Positions 1 through 10,385 are shown, numbered from the stretch's first letter. The stretch: DNA of 64,000 bases from an uncultured Methanosarcinaceae archaeon (GCA_963847185.1 CAWJYV010000007.1:512001-576000); one strand, 5' to 3'. Made by a program: numbers and translations. Notes: a model not told the origin generated them from the sequence alone.

Positions 1-798
1 CGTGCTCGTCCCTCCTACATCTATTACAGCGCAGGTATCCAGTCCTGAAAGGTGAGAAGCCCCCATGATACTTGCCGCAGGGCCTGAAAATATGGTTTCA
101 ATAGGGCGCAATTTTGCTCCTTTTATATCAATGACTGAACCATCACATTTCAACATAAGGATTTTTGCTTCAAGATTTCTTTCCTTAATCTCACTTATTA
201 TGGAATTGATAAACTGATAGGTTATGGGAATAAGCTGCGCATTTAAAACTGCGGTTGCTGCTCTTTCATAGGCCCCCAGTTCCTGGGAGAGTTCATGTCC
301 GCAGACCACAGGATGCCCTGTCAATTTAAGGATTATTTTCTTAATTTTAAGCTCATGTTCCGGATTTCTGGTACTGAAATAGGAAGACACAGCAAATGCA
401 GAGACTTTCTTTTTCAGGCTCACTGCAAATTGTTCTACAGCGGTGATATCCAGAGGTTCCAGTTCATCTCCGTTGTTGTCATGTCCTCCTCTAACAGTAA
501 TGCAATAGTCGGCCGGAAGTTCTCTTGGGATAGTATAGTCCCCTACAAGAATCAGGCCAACAGGATATCCTGTTCTTTCGAGAATCGTGTTTGTTGAAAG
601 AGTTGTTGATACCGATACCAGTTTTACTTTGCTCAGGTATTCAGGATTTAATTTATCAATTGCATTTCGAATCCCGGTCATAAGGTTTGGATAGGTAGTA
701 ATTGCTTTGCTAGTATCAAGGATCCGACTGTCCGAATCTCTCAATATTACAGCATCGGTATAGGTACCACCTGCATCAATACCCAGACTATATTGCAT
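1..798 (-). CDS. Hydantoinase/oxoprolinase A-family protein (5' part; runs off window start)
   Basis: Manual minus-strand translation from ATG at 798 gives MQYSLGIDAGGTYTDAV... and later ETIFSGPAAS...AVIDVGGTST, matching the adjacent paralogue. Confidence 0.85.
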   Translation of the reverse strand, partial: MQYSLGIDAGGTYTDAVILRDSDSRILDTSKAITTYPNLMTGIRNAIDKLNPEYLSKVKLVSVSTTLSTNTILERTGYPVGLILVGDYTIPRELPADYCITVRGGHDNNGDELEPLDITAVEQFAVSLKKKVSAFAVSSYFSTRNPEHELKIKKIILKLTGHPVVCGHELSQELGAYERAATAVLNAQLIPITYQFINSIISEIKERNLEAKILMLKCDGSVIDIKGAKLRPIETIFSGPAASIMGASHLSGLDTCAVIDVGGTST

Positions 799-946
799 GT
801 CAAAACAGCCCCATTTTTATTTTATATCGGGAAATTTATACCCTTTTTTTAGCTGTATATATCCCTTTTTATCCAGATTTTTGAAATTATACATCAAGTC
901 TTATTATAACCTGCAGCTACTGACATCTCGATCCGTCTTTCTTCTT

Positions 947-2953
947 TCACATAATTGTTTTTTTCGGGATCCCTACGCCTACAAAAACAAGTTTTGTTTC
1001 GAGAGGTGTATCTGTCCAGCCACTGGGTGCCAGATGTTTTCTGCTCACATCTATTCTTATGTCCTCTTTCCCAAGCCCTGCACTGATCATGTAATCCATA
1101 ACTAGTTGCTTTCCGAGATTCTCTGCGTATTCGAGCGCTTCGCTATATGCATCAAATTTCTTCCTTTCAGAAGGAGAAAAGACAATAAATTCTTTTTTAT
1201 TTTCACCCTGCAAAACAGCTTCTACAACGCAGCTTTCATGAGCTTCTGGATCTACACTTTCAATTTCAGACTCGCGAGATTTAGGAATAATCCTTGTTTT
1301 TATTAGAATCTCCACTCTTTTTATTCCTTTCCCCATAAGAGCGCCTACGGCATTACCTACATCGGCATGTTCAGGAACTATGAAATCTGCATTAATAAGT
1401 TTCCTCAGATCCTCACCATATGCTTTTACAGGCCCTCCGAGGAGAACCACGGGAATTTCTACTCCAATACGGGTGAAATTTTTTCCCATAAGAACCCTGT
1501 CAATCTCACTCCTGGGCATTCCTTCTATAAGATAAGCAATCAAATCTTCTGCAATATTGCGTGCAACTCTGTTTTTTACTTCCGCACTAAACGCTTCAGG
1601 GCTTTGCTTAAACGCTCTTCCAAGCATGGAAGCTCCTATTTTTGCGGCTTCAGCATCCCACTCAGTATATTCTCCAAGCACGTGAAGGGCATCTGTAGGT
1701 GTAAAACCAATTGCCTGAATAAGCCTCTTCTGGATCAATGAGTCCAGCATTGAAGGGGATGGGCGTTTTTTCAGCGCCACTAGCAGGTCACCAAAAGAAG
1801 CAGGTTCATTTCCTATTTGTCGGTAGATTTCCTTCTCGCCTACCTTCAGTTCAATAGGTCTGAAGCTTGTCCTTACAAAGAATTTCGTCAACTGAATATT
1901 TTCGCAAAGGTACCCCTTTGCTACTTTGTTATGTTTCAATTTATCCCTGAAACCAGGATATATAGCAGAAGCCCTGCAGAGGGGGATAACCCTGCGGGGA
2001 CCCACATAAACTCTGTCACCTTTTATCCACACGTGACTATCTCCGCCAGTTGCTGAAGTTTCCATGCGAATGGCTTTTACACGGGTCTGCCAGCCTCCTA
2101 CAACGGCGCCCGAGTTGCTGAGCTGCGGGAGCCCGCTCTGCATCATGGCTACATCAGTACTCGTGCCTCCAACATCAATAACGGCACAGGTACTGAGCCT
2201 GCTCAGGTGAGAAGCCCCCACAAGACTCGCGGCAGGTCCTGAAAATATTGTTTCAATTGGTTTTTCCAGAGCTTCTTCTATTCCTACAACCGACCCATCA
2301 CATTTTAACATCAGCAGATTTGCATTAATTCCTCTTATTTCAAATTCTTCGATTATTGACTGGATGAACTTATGAGTAATGGGAATTAGCTGGGCATTCA
2401 GAAATGCAGTTATAGCCCTTTCATAGGCTCCAAGATCCTGGGAAAGTTCATGCCCGCAAACTACAGGATGACCTGTCAGTTCTTTTATAGCTATTTTGAC
2501 AGCAAGCTCATGCTCAGGGTTACGGTTACTAAAATATGAAGAAACCGCAAAAGCTGAAACTTTATCTTTTACCCTGGAAGCAAATTTTTCCACAGAATCG
2601 AGATCAAGGGTTTTTAGTTCTTCGCCGTCACTATTATGCCCGCCAGAGACAGCTATCCAGTATTCCGTAGGGAGTCTTTCAGGAATGACATAGTCCCCTA
2701 CCATTATTAACCCCACCGGAAAGCCGGTACTTTCGAGAATTGTATTTGTAGACAGAGTAGTAGATACGGATACAAGATGGATATCTTTAAGGTATCTAGG
2801 ATCAACCTTGTCAATAGCATTTTTAATTCCTTCAAGAGGATCTGGATAGGTGGTAAGGGCTTTGCTGGACTCTATCACCTCTCCATCAGAATCTCTTACA
2901 ACCACAGCATCAGTGTAAGTGCCACCTGCGTCTATTCCAAGACTAAAATGCAT
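947..2953 (-). CDS. Hydantoinase/oxoprolinase A-family protein (ASKHA ATPase fold)
   Basis: 668 aa; motifs GIDAGGTYTD, SGPAAS, DVGGTSTD, GNAVGA. Confidence 0.9.
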   Translation of the reverse strand: MHFSLGIDAGGTYTDAVVVRDSDGEVIESSKALTTYPDPLEGIKNAIDKVDPRYLKDIHLVSVSTTLSTNTILESTGFPVGLIMVGDYVIPERLPTEYWIAVSGGHNSDGEELKTLDLDSVEKFASRVKDKVSAFAVSSYFSNRNPEHELAVKIAIKELTGHPVVCGHELSQDLGAYERAITAFLNAQLIPITHKFIQSIIEEFEIRGINANLLMLKCDGSVVGIEEALEKPIETIFSGPAASLVGASHLSRLSTCAVIDVGGTSTDVAMMQSGLPQLSNSGAVVGGWQTRVKAIRMETSATGGDSHVWIKGDRVYVGPRRVIPLCRASAIYPGFRDKLKHNKVAKGYLCENIQLTKFFVRTSFRPIELKVGEKEIYRQIGNEPASFGDLLVALKKRPSPSMLDSLIQKRLIQAIGFTPTDALHVLGEYTEWDAEAAKIGASMLGRAFKQSPEAFSAEVKNRVARNIAEDLIAYLIEGMPRSEIDRVLMGKNFTRIGVEIPVVLLGGPVKAYGEDLRKLINADFIVPEHADVGNAVGALMGKGIKRVEILIKTRIIPKSRESEIESVDPEAHESCVVEAVLQGENKKEFIVFSPSERKKFDAYSEALEYAENLGKQLVMDYMISAGLGKEDIRIDVSRKHLAPSGWTDTPLETKLVFVGVGIPKKTIM

Positions 2954-3143
2954 TTTTTTACTAACCTCTTTGCGAATTGGATATAAGTTCCTGTTATTTC
3001 TGTATTATAACCAACATCTGTATTGTGACCGATATATGCTGAAAATTGATATTCGGAATGGGTGAGTCCCGGTATTGATTAACTGTTATTTGGGTAAGAC
3101 TGAATAGTTGTTAAACATGTAGTAGTTAAATGGATATCTATAA

Positions 3144-3194
3144 GACTAAATCTTATCGAAAACTAAATCTTATCGAAGACTAAATCTTATCGAA
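3144..3194. repeat. 17-bp tandem repeat x3, (G/A)ACTAAATCTTATCGAA
   Basis: Three adjacent copies read directly from the sequence. Confidence 0.9.
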
Positions 3195-3241
3195 AGTGAA
3201 TTTGTATCCTGAGATTCATTCTCTGGCTGATTTCCTAACAC

Positions 3242-3316
<75 letters not shown>

Positions 3317-3322
3317 CTGTTT

Positions 3323-4291
3323 TCACATTTTTATTGGTGTTTTTCTCTTTCCCTCTTCAGATGGCGTATTCCTATTATGGAGTGTGAGGGTTTTTAAGGT
3401 ATCAGGTTCCACTTTTATAAGAGTATATGCATCTTCCCCAAATGCCGCTTTCAATTTTTGTTCTACAATGTCTGTGATTTTTGCAGCATCCTGAATACTC
3501 AGGGAATTGTCCACACTGATACAGGCATTAATAGCTATTCCTTTTCCTATCTTCCGGGTTTTAAGTTCTTTGGACTCAGTTACCCCTTCAATTCCATTTA
3601 TTATTTCCCTGATTTTACAGTTCGTCTCTTCATCAAGGGAAGCTTCTATAAGCTCATTTACAGTGCCATAGAAAAGGTTGCCTGATGCCAAGAGGAGATA
3701 AAGACTCAAAATAACAGATGCAAATGAATCAGCAATATGCGTATATCTTCCTGAAAGGAATGTACATCCTATGCCAAGAATAACAAAACCGGAAACGAAT
3801 AATTCTTTTATATGTGGATAACCTTCTGAAGAGATATCCATAGTTTTTAATTCCGTAATTTTTTTATCCCCTATAACTATAAAAATGATATCTTTTAAAA
3901 CGAAGGTTAAAACTACTGCAAAGAGTGCAATTAATTCTGGTGTTTTTAATTCTTTGCCCTGTATATACATAAGAAGTTGCTCTGAACCCATATAAAGGAT
4001 GTAAAGACATGCACAGAGAATTATAGACGCTCCTGCCCCTCTACAGAGAGTCTCAATCTTTCCATGTCCATAATTATGGCTTTTATCTTCAGGTTTATCT
4101 TCAATAGAAATGTTCAGTATCTTTATACATTCGTTGATAAATTCTGAGAAAGAACGAACCGCATCGGCAAGGAGTAATGTACTGTTCCCTAAAAATCCCG
4201 CCAGTAATTTGAAAAAAGTGAGTAAAAAACTAAGAGCAACTTTTGTGTATGATATGTTTCGGGATTTGCCCGATTTTTTGTCCGCTTTCAT
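3323..4291 (-). CDS. Cation diffusion facilitator (FieF-like) family transporter, divergent metal site
   Basis: 322 aa; KPEDKSHNYGHGKIE motif, several TM helices and a C-terminal ZT-dimer-like domain. Confidence 0.85.
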   Translation of the reverse strand: MKADKKSGKSRNISYTKVALSFLLTFFKLLAGFLGNSTLLLADAVRSFSEFINECIKILNISIEDKPEDKSHNYGHGKIETLCRGAGASIILCACLYILYMGSEQLLMYIQGKELKTPELIALFAVVLTFVLKDIIFIVIGDKKITELKTMDISSEGYPHIKELFVSGFVILGIGCTFLSGRYTHIADSFASVILSLYLLLASGNLFYGTVNELIEASLDEETNCKIREIINGIEGVTESKELKTRKIGKGIAINACISVDNSLSIQDAAKITDIVEQKLKAAFGEDAYTLIKVEPDTLKTLTLHNRNTPSEEGKRKTPIKM

Positions 4292-4589
4292 TCGAAGTTC
4301 ACCTTCTATATATTTTCTGGTCCTCCTTCGTAAAGCGAACCTTTTCGAAACCGGTCCGATAAAACAAAAACGGCGTTAATCCAAAAATAAAAAGTTTTCA
4401 AGTCCTATAATCGAAGAGAGTTGAATAAATGAAAACACAGATTTGAAACCTGCGTTTTCACTAGCTGATATTCATTTGGGCTATCTTTTATGTTTTTGCC
4501 CTTTCGTTTTTATGGTTTTCTTATAGGTCGTTAGATTGGCGAAGGTTTCTCACCAGATTTGCGGGTGTAATGTTGTCATTACTTTTTCT

Positions 4590-5174
4590 TCAGATCGGAA
4601 GAATTGTTTTCCCATGGATTTCATTCATTACCATGGCTAAAGCTGTATACAGAGATCCGAGGCCCATAATAAGTCCTACGTATCCGGCTATTACAAGTAG
4701 TCCTGCATTCCCGGTTGCATTTACAACGGCAAGCAGCATAAATAATATAAATAATGTCACAAATACGAACTGAAGAGCTTTAACTCCGATTTTCATTGTA
4801 ATAAGCAACATAACAAAAGTGTACGCACCCCAGATGAAGAGATATGCAGCCATTGCAGTTCCAGAAGAGGCTTCAGCCCAACCGATTGCGGGCATGATGA
4901 TCAGTCCGGCCAGTGAGAACCAGAAGAGGCCGAAAGCTGAAAATGCAGTCCCTGCAAAGACATCTCCTTTTTTCCAGGCCATGATTCCTGCAAATACCTG
5001 TGCGAATCCTCCTAAGAATATTGCCATAGAGACAATCATAGATTCAACAGGGTATACGCCGATGTAACTAAGACTCAACAGGACTGCAGAAAGACCCAGG
5101 CCAGTAAAACCAAGTGGGGCAGGGTTTGCGGTCTTGTCGATTATTTCGGTAGTGGTTCCTGCGTTTTCGCTCAT
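4590..5174 (-). CDS. satP: Acetate uptake channel, GPR1/FUN34/YaaH (SatP) family
   Basis: 194 aa, about 6 TM; signature ANPAPLGF and AFGLFW. Confidence 0.9.
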   Translation of the reverse strand: MSENAGTTTEIIDKTANPAPLGFTGLGLSAVLLSLSYIGVYPVESMIVSMAIFLGGFAQVFAGIMAWKKGDVFAGTAFSAFGLFWFSLAGLIIMPAIGWAEASSGTAMAAYLFIWGAYTFVMLLITMKIGVKALQFVFVTLFILFMLLAVVNATGNAGLLVIAGYVGLIMGLGSLYTALAMVMNEIHGKTILPI

Positions 5175-5228
5175 TTTTTATCCCCTGAAGCCATTTAATT
5201 TAAAAAAATAAAAAAAGAAGTTTAGGGC

Positions 5229-6614
5229 TTAAAGCCCGTAGTTTTCAGGTCTGAAAACTGCAACTTCTTGTTTGAATTTGGTCAAGTTGTCGCTCATGAA
5301 CTTGTCTGCATCGTCAGTGAGGGCTTCAAGGTCAGCTTTAACCTTTGCAAGAGCATTGGTTTCGAACCTTGTGAGTCTGAGTTTGCCGGAGTTGGCTCCC
5401 TCTTCGACAATCTTACAGCATTCGATTGCTGCATTCTTGGAACGGAGGTAGTTGTTGGTTCCGTCCTTTGCGATTGCCTGTCCTACCTTGTAGGCGTTGT
5501 CGTATGCAAGCACATAGCCCTGTGGGTCTCTGTATTTGTCAGAGAGCACGAGAATGTCCCTGAGGTCTTTTGCTTTGCCGGTCTTGAGTGCAACGTTCAT
5601 CATGGAACAGTCGTATGCAAGGGTTTCGGACCAGCACTGAACTGTGGTACCACCGAATTCACCGTGGTATTCAACAGACTCGTTGGACCAGAGGTCACAG
5701 CACTGCATGACAAGGTTACCCATCAGGTCAGAGTGGGCACAGGTTGAGGTCTTACCTTCCTGGGTGATTGGGACACCAGCAACGGACTTTATGATGGAGT
5801 TTTCGTAACCACAGTCTTTTCCAGGGCCTACTGCGCCTGCTTCATATGCACAGAGGGACCTTGCTGCAGAGATTGCTCTTGCAACGATTGCAGTTGTGTG
5901 GGCCAGGTTCTTGTCAAGCAGACCGCCTGCAATGAACATTGCAGTGTTTGCCTGAGCACAGTCTGTGTCACCAGCTGCAACAGTTCCGGTTCTCTTTGCG
6001 ACTGCTGCAATGTCTTTCCAGACCATTTCCATGTCCATGCTGCCGAGCACACCGATACCGAAGAGGATACCTGCAGTGTCGTTTCTCAGAATGGAGTAGT
6101 CGAATACTTCCTTACCACCCATGCTCTCTACTGAAAGCAGGTCAGCACCGTTCTTGGCGACTTCTTCGAAGGCTTCCATGAAGGTGTTGTATTTGTCTCC
6201 TCTGAGCTGGAGGTAGTCACGGTCTTCACGGATGTCACCAATTGTGTGGCGAAGTGCGCACTTTATGCCGTATTCATCGTGGTATTCTTCCATGATGGTC
6301 TTCTGGGCGTGTGCAACAGCTCCTCCCCAGGCGGGGTGGTTGGACATCTGCTGGACGTGTTCTGTTTCGAGTACGACTGAAGGAGCTCCGATCTGAACCA
6401 TTCTTGCCATGATGTCAGTGGTGATCCTTTCGTATTCTTTTACGAGTTTGTCTTTAGATTTGCCTGCCTCAGGTCTTGGAGCATAGTTAACTTCAGGGGA
6501 TGTGTAACCTGCACCAATCTCGAGTCCGAGGCCTGCCTTTACTGGGAATTTTGAGTTACCAAAAATAAGTTCATCTGCGCTAGCGTAAGCCATTGAAGTG
6601 TATTTCTTTACCAT
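5229..6614 (-). CDS. mtaB: Methanol:corrinoid protein methyltransferase
   Basis: 461 aa; ESMGGKE, DTDCA, GPGKDCGYEN motifs and FRPENYGL terminus; directly downstream of mtaC. Confidence 0.96.
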   Translation of the reverse strand: MVKKYTSMAYASADELIFGNSKFPVKAGLGLEIGAGYTSPEVNYAPRPEAGKSKDKLVKEYERITTDIMARMVQIGAPSVVLETEHVQQMSNHPAWGGAVAHAQKTIMEEYHDEYGIKCALRHTIGDIREDRDYLQLRGDKYNTFMEAFEEVAKNGADLLSVESMGGKEVFDYSILRNDTAGILFGIGVLGSMDMEMVWKDIAAVAKRTGTVAAGDTDCAQANTAMFIAGGLLDKNLAHTTAIVARAISAARSLCAYEAGAVGPGKDCGYENSIIKSVAGVPITQEGKTSTCAHSDLMGNLVMQCCDLWSNESVEYHGEFGGTTVQCWSETLAYDCSMMNVALKTGKAKDLRDILVLSDKYRDPQGYVLAYDNAYKVGQAIAKDGTNNYLRSKNAAIECCKIVEEGANSGKLRLTRFETNALAKVKADLEALTDDADKFMSDNLTKFKQEVAVFRPENYGL

Positions 6615-6626
6615 TTTGCTTCCTCC

Positions 6627-7403
6627 TTAGTGCTTGTGGAATTCCTCTCTTAAGGCCGCGATATCTTTGATGCCTGAAACGATTGCGTCAGCAATCTTGG
6701 GGGCATCTGCAGCTTCTTCACCGTATACACCAAGGTCATACTGGGATACGAAGTCCTGGTTAACTGCTCCGCCACCACATGCGAATGGGACTTTTATTCC
6801 CTTCTCAAGGAGTTTGTCGTTAACTTCCTTGAATGCATACATTGTGGTTGTCATGAGGGCAGTACCTGTGACCAGGATTGGCTTCTCTTTTACAACTGCA
6901 GTGATAACTTCGTCCACTGGAACATCTCTTCCAAGGTCAACTACATCATAGCCGTTTGCTCTCAGGAGGGCAACAACAATGTTCTTTCCGATGTCATGGA
7001 CGTCACCTTCTGCAACGTGGCAGACGACTTTGCCCTTTGATTCGGGAACTTCTGTTGTCTTGGTTTTGCAGTAGTCGATACCTGCCAGCATTGCGTCAGC
7101 AGACATCATAACGTTAGGGAGGAAAATGATACCATCATCGTAGAGTCTGGTGACAACTCCCATACCTATCATAAGGGCATTGTCAATAAGGTCGATTGGC
7201 TTTTTGCCTGCGTCGATTGCTGCCTGGAGTGCGTCAACGACGTCATCTTCTTCACCCTCGTAGATTGCTTTTGCAATTGGGTAAACGAGTTCATCCTTCG
7301 GGTAAAGCTCTTCTGCGGCTTCGTCAGGTGTCATTTCCTTTTCGAGGGCGACGTTGTAGCGTACTAATATGCCATCGATGTCTTCCAGTTTAAAATCCAA
7401 CAT
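6627..7403 (-). CDS. mtaC: Methanol corrinoid protein
   Basis: 258 aa; B12-binding GDVHDIGKNIV and GGGAV motifs; GGAGG RBS upstream. Confidence 0.96.
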   Translation of the reverse strand: MLDFKLEDIDGILVRYNVALEKEMTPDEAAEELYPKDELVYPIAKAIYEGEEDDVVDALQAAIDAGKKPIDLIDNALMIGMGVVTRLYDDGIIFLPNVMMSADAMLAGIDYCKTKTTEVPESKGKVVCHVAEGDVHDIGKNIVVALLRANGYDVVDLGRDVPVDEVITAVVKEKPILVTGTALMTTTMYAFKEVNDKLLEKGIKVPFACGGGAVNQDFVSQYDLGVYGEEAADAPKIADAIVSGIKDIAALREEFHKH

Positions 7404-7470
7404 ATTTTAACCTCCATTTAGTAAAAAGGATCCAGATTGCTCAGATCTTTGATCCCTCAAGTTACATTTC

Positions 7471-7636
7471 CCTGGAGTTCCAGACATAATTTTTGCAGGA
7501 TACTGAATGCAACGAGAATGAACTCGAAAACCTCCATAATCGAATTCATCCCATAACCTGGAGTTTCCAAGCATAATTTTGCCAGATACTTCTCTAATAC
7601 AATGAGAATGAACTCGAAAACCTCCATAATCGAATT
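7471..7636 (-). promoter_or_regulatory. Duplicated ~90-bp element in the mtaCB leader, forming two hairpins with UUAUGGAGGUUU loops
   Basis: Plus-strand GAGAATGAACTCGAAAACCTCCATAATCGAATT occurs twice, 90 bp apart; stems were paired by eye on the minus strand. Confidence 0.6.
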
Positions 7637-9206
7637 AGTCTCATTGTGGGGGATTTGGATAACTTCTTGGTGATGTACTTATCAGCTAGCAGCTAAAAAT
7701 TAAGTCATTTTTTCGTTTTTCTGTTTTCTACTGCTTGCGGATTTTCTCTTCCCAGTTAGTTAAGAGATGTACTCACTTTTGTATCCGGGAACGAACTTGC
7801 AAGTCAAAATTATATTTACTTGCTTATACCTTCACCGATGCTAATTTTTGCGCCACTATAATTTTATAATTATCCCTTCAATTTTCTCTGCAAATGATTT
7901 TATAAAAAAGAATTCTTTTTTTGTTGTCATTGTTCTAATCAATGGCATCAAAATTTATACGGTAATTGTCCTGTTTTCTGGGAATTGTTTGCTTGCAGAG
8001 TATGGATATATAGCAGGCTTTTGTTTGAGCTTTAGAGGTTATCAAGTTGATTTGCTTTTAGAGGGAATTTAAAGCTGGCAAAATAAGATTCTTGTGCTAC
8101 TTTTTTTTGAAGCACACAAGTAATGTGAATATCCCTCTCCATTTTCTCCGGAATTCTAAGGATTTCCTGTTTCTTCCGAAAAAAGGATGAAAGTTTTCAA
8201 AACTCAGTTGTTTTAATTTTTCTCTGAGTTTATTTCAGTCCTAATTTTGCCGTTTTTTATTCAATTTTGTGGCAGAGCCGAATTTTTCCCCCAGTAAGTT
8301 TTCATGTCTCTGTCTTAATTTCTTTCTTGGATAAACTTCCGAGCACCTGTCTGGAGTTACATTGTTACATTGAAGCCACGTTCTTCTGGAAGTTTGAAAA
8401 AGAACTCTATCTTTCTACCTTAGAAGTTCTTTTCGGATAAATATCGATGATTATTTTAATCTATATAAGGTTTATGTATGTCAGGACATGACTGTCCTCA
8501 ACCGGAAATAACTTTCCTTCAGAAGTCTCTTTTCGTAAGATGGTATTACTCTTGCCTTAGCACTCCCGTGCGCGCTCCCGTCTTTTTTTTCGAAAGTACT
8601 GCTTCTGTTCTCCAGCTGTTTTCCTATTGCCAGATTCATAGTTTCAGTGAGTTATTATTTTGTTATTGATGTCACCTCAGCTAGTGCCTCTGACCCTGGA
8701 AATGAGTTCATTTCTCTTTTAAGAACTCTGTGTTGGTCTTTTTGTGTGCTGAAGTACACTGCAATTTACAGTTTTTCCTTTTTGGGTACTAATCCAGGGT
8801 GCTCTATATAATAGTATCAAGGATTTAGACATCAGACTTAAGCGATGGCAAGATTTCTCAGGATATATTCATGCTGATTCTACGAAGGATGCACAGACGT
8901 TTGTAATCTTCTCTAGACTATTTCGTATACCTGAGAGGGTATTCCTCGTAACTCTCGTGAATAATTCAATGAACTGATCCAGTTGAACTTGTCCAATATT
9001 ATATAGATTGCTCACTAAAATCCATTTTAAAAATAGCTGACATAGAAATATTTCCTGGTAAAATTAACGGGAAATTTGTGGAAGCTTTGAAAGAAGAGTT
9101 TTCAGGATAATCAATGAAGATTTGCTGGAGCTTTGAAAAAATTTTAGAAAATGGTGTTTAAGGGAAATATCTCACTTTAAGCACCTTTTCCTTTCGTCTC
9201 ATTCTT

Positions 9207-10385
9207 TCATTTTTTAATACTCGTGATTCTCTGCACTTGTTCGGGATGTTCATGCTCGTGATGCCCATGTTCAGAGTGCTTATGTTCATGATTATGGCTT
9301 TTTTCCATTTTATGAACTACTATCCCCGATTTTTTGAAGGTTTCCTGAACAGAGCTTTCAACTGCATCTTTAAGGCATCCCTTTTCAACGTTTGAGACTG
9401 CTGAGAGAATTTTGAGCGTTGGTAAAGCTCCTTTCTTTGATTCGATAATATCTTCCTGAGGCTCTTCGTAGTAGATAGTAACGCTTTGTTTCACGGTTTC
9501 GAACCCATTGTCAAGAAAGAGTTTTATATGTCCCACAAATTCGGGATTTAATCTCAGAGCCTTTGCTTTTATTTTATTCATTAATTCATTTGTGAGCTTC
9601 CGGGAAGTTTCAGTGTCTATATTCTCGTTTCCTATGGCAAATTCTGCAGAATAACTGCCAACCCCGGAGGCTTCAATTGAATCCTCTGTTTCCTTAGGGC
9701 CAGAAAGACTGGACTTTACTTCTGGTGCGGTTTCTGGGGGTTTTGCTGGTTTTTCTTCGAGGTCCGGAAGCAATATTTGCATGAAACTTTCAAACCTTTC
9801 ACCCATCTCTTTTCCTGAGAGCAGAACTATTCTGGCTTTTGGATTCAGCTGCTGCACAGAAGTTTCGATAATTGGAAGCCTGATAGGTTCAATAAGGTCT
9901 ATCTTGTTTATTCCAAGGATTTCAGCATCTATAATCTGCCTCATGGCAAATTCTTTTACTTCTTTCATCAGGTACTTAAAGCGGCTACCATCGATTAGAG
10001 TCACCAGAGGAGCTATTTTTACTTGTTCCCCAAGGTTCATAAGCTCAACTTCATTTCTGATTACATTTGGAAAAGCAATCCCTGTGGGTTCTATCATAAG
10101 AATATCAGGTTTGTATTCTTTCATAAGAAGGGTGATTGTTGTCCTCAACCCCACTTTCAGGGAGCAGCAGATGCAACCGCTTGTGATCTCCTTGGTATCG
10201 AAACCGAACCTTTTGATCACATCTCCGTCAATTCCTATTTCTCCGATCTCGTTCACTATGATGGCAACTTTTTTCTCTTTTTCTGCCAGGTATTTACCCA
10301 TGTTGATAATGGTGGTCGTCTTCCCGCTTCCCAGGAAACCTCCCACAACAATCACTTGCATGTACTTTCCTCCGTTTTCTGCCAT
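9207..10385 (-). CDS. CobW/COG0523-like GTP-binding metallochaperone with His-rich tail
   Basis: GGFLGSGKTT, NEIGEIGIDG, GCICC, EPTG, NKID; C-terminal HNHEHKHSEHGHHEHEH. Confidence 0.88.
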   Translation of the reverse strand: MAENGGKYMQVIVVGGFLGSGKTTTIINMGKYLAEKEKKVAIIVNEIGEIGIDGDVIKRFGFDTKEITSGCICCSLKVGLRTTITLLMKEYKPDILMIEPTGIAFPNVIRNEVELMNLGEQVKIAPLVTLIDGSRFKYLMKEVKEFAMRQIIDAEILGINKIDLIEPIRLPIIETSVQQLNPKARIVLLSGKEMGERFESFMQILLPDLEEKPAKPPETAPEVKSSLSGPKETEDSIEASGVGSYSAEFAIGNENIDTETSRKLTNELMNKIKAKALRLNPEFVGHIKLFLDNGFETVKQSVTIYYEEPQEDIIESKKGALPTLKILSAVSNVEKGCLKDAVESSVQETFKKSGIVVHKMEKSHNHEHKHSEHGHHEHEHPEQVQRITSIKK

